Part shown: positions 62,819 to 64,000 of the stretch, one piece after another
Layout: each line of letters begins with the position of its first letter
Position numbering within the stretch: position 1 is the first letter of the stretch
Assembly (NCBI RefSeq): GCF_006345805.1
Contig: NW_021832010.1
Location: forward strand, 11,548 to 75,547
DNA from: Octopus sinensis
Taxonomy: Eukaryota
Length of the DNA: 64,000 nt
Direction: 5' to 3'
Position numbers and translations under genes: made by a program
The notes under the pieces: model-generated
What the model saw: the letters and a program-made list of their open reading frames with translations, nothing else
What the model was told of the DNA's origin: nothing
The model's database searches: none

Positions 62819-64000
62819 TTATTGGTTAACAACCGTCTTGATCATCTCCAAATCACTGAGGAGTTGTGGGTTGAGGGGGTCGATTGAAAGAGCACTCTCA
62901 AGGGCAGCCCGAGCTAGAGGATGCCAGAATACTCCCACCTTCCCCATACTCTCCAAGGTGAAAGTAGGAAGTCCCCATTCGACAGAGCGCCTTCAGACGA
63001 CTATGTTTGTTGGCCTGGACTGGAGGGAGGAGGAGTGTGAGTGCCTGGGTGTGTGGTGAGGAATACCTGGCGACAATCCTCAATGCAGTTTGAATATAAC
63101 CCCTTCTGAAGGTAGGAAGCTGCCCGGTTGGAGTAGAGTCTGTTGAAAGTACAGTGGGGGATACGAGGGCATTCCTGGGCTGAGGGATATTCCGTGGGAG
63201 TAGGCGCTTATGGCAGAATCGTAGTCTCCGTGAATGTAAAATTTGCTGAATATTGTGAATATTTACTTTGCTTTGTCCCTTATGAGGACTGGGTTGGACT
63301 CCAACTCCCCTCCTGTGATCCGACAACCACTCGCCTGCTTCCTCAACCACTGCCACTTATGATTCACCACTCACTTCCTCCTCCTCTTCCGCCTTCGACT
63401 CCCGAGAGGGTGTTGGGAAATGTCGCTCAGTGAATGACATTTTTATTTTCCCGGCACCACGAATTGGGAATTCTTTAGGAGACTCATTGTGTCTGGTGGT
63501 CGATGAATGACTCTGGGAGTCCACCTTCATGGCTGTCAGTTCATCTGCCACTTTCTTGTTCTCCTTTTCCTTGAACAGCTCGATTTGAGTAGTCTTCTCT
63601 GAGTCGAGCTGGGCAAGTGTGAGGGGATGAGTACAGCAATGGCCGCCCTCACTGCCTTTTGTTTGCGTGCACTACTCTTGTCTTCCTTCACCTTCCTCCA
63701 CTCCATTTCCTCTCTCATCTTCTCCTTGTTGTCTGCAACTTATTTTATTTCCCTACCCTCCGACATGAACGTCGGCCACACTTCGGGGACTACTTTTCTC
63801 AGATTGAACATTATTTGTCCTTCTTTTATCACCACAGTTGACTCGTCCTCCTCCACATCTGCATAGAGCAGACACTCAAACAAGTAAGGCTGGTAATTGG
63901 CCTGATTGGTGGGGTTATATACTTTGATGTATCTCCTCGTGTACACAATGTCCACCGACGACGGACTGCTCCCATGCAGTTCAAGTTTGAGATATAATGC
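62819..64000 (-). CDS. DNAAF4: Dynein axonemal assembly factor 4 (DYX1C1), 5' end beyond the window
   Basis: CS domain (VDIVYTRRYIK|..YQPYLFECLLYADVEEDES..FNLRK..W); PIRGAGKIKMSFTERHFPTPSRESKAEEEEE|WLRKQA; TPRs (IRDKAN..YDSAISAYSHGI..|LYSNRAASYL..CIEDCRQ|ALTLLLPPVQANKHSRLKALCRMGT..|ALSIDP). Introns of 25, 21, 25, 22 and 25 nt in the 3' part. TAA at 62819-62821. Confidence 0.93.

Overview
Eukaryotic nuclear DNA from a highly compacted, AT-rich animal genome; it is not prokaryotic. Host genes are split by many GT-AG micro-introns of about 21-32 nt, so the supplied ORF track badly fragments them. Metazoan genes (POU homeobox, Ig-superfamily receptor), a motile-cilium gene (DNAAF4) and ~25-nt introns together point to a dicyemid-like mesozoan. 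That identification is inference; myxozoans are disfavoured because they lack cilia. Apparently intact islands: EFL1 head-to-head with an uncharacterised HEAT-repeat gene, followed by an intronless POU gene (12.6-19.1 kb); ST13/Hip, a small hidden coiled-coil gene and an atypical Rho GTPase (49.0-51.6 kb); and DNAAF4 (62.8 kb to the window end). An Ig-domain membrane protein gene (56.8-58.3 kb) has one unresolved frame junction. Between these lie decaying host-gene copies (SLC6, SLC37A, GPR107, RAB2, half a PCNA-like clamp, PITRM1-like, a possible METTL22-like remnant). There is also a dense TE graveyard: hAT, pogo/Tigger, Ginger2/TDD-like integrase transposons, Helitrons, and CRE, R4/Dong-like, RTE-like and APE-type LINEs. 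Two structures stand out. (i) A 1219-bp Ginger-like transposon sits in a GPR107 coding exon, and its inverted repeats carry GT and CAG positioned so that splicing would leave an in-frame 15-nt footprint (introner-like design). (ii) A non-autonomous Helitron is inserted in inverted orientation inside a sister copy that carries a ~93-bp minisatellite amplified from Helitron helicase coding sequence. All calls are from manual translation and motif recognition; no database searches were run. TE-fragment boundaries are approximate.
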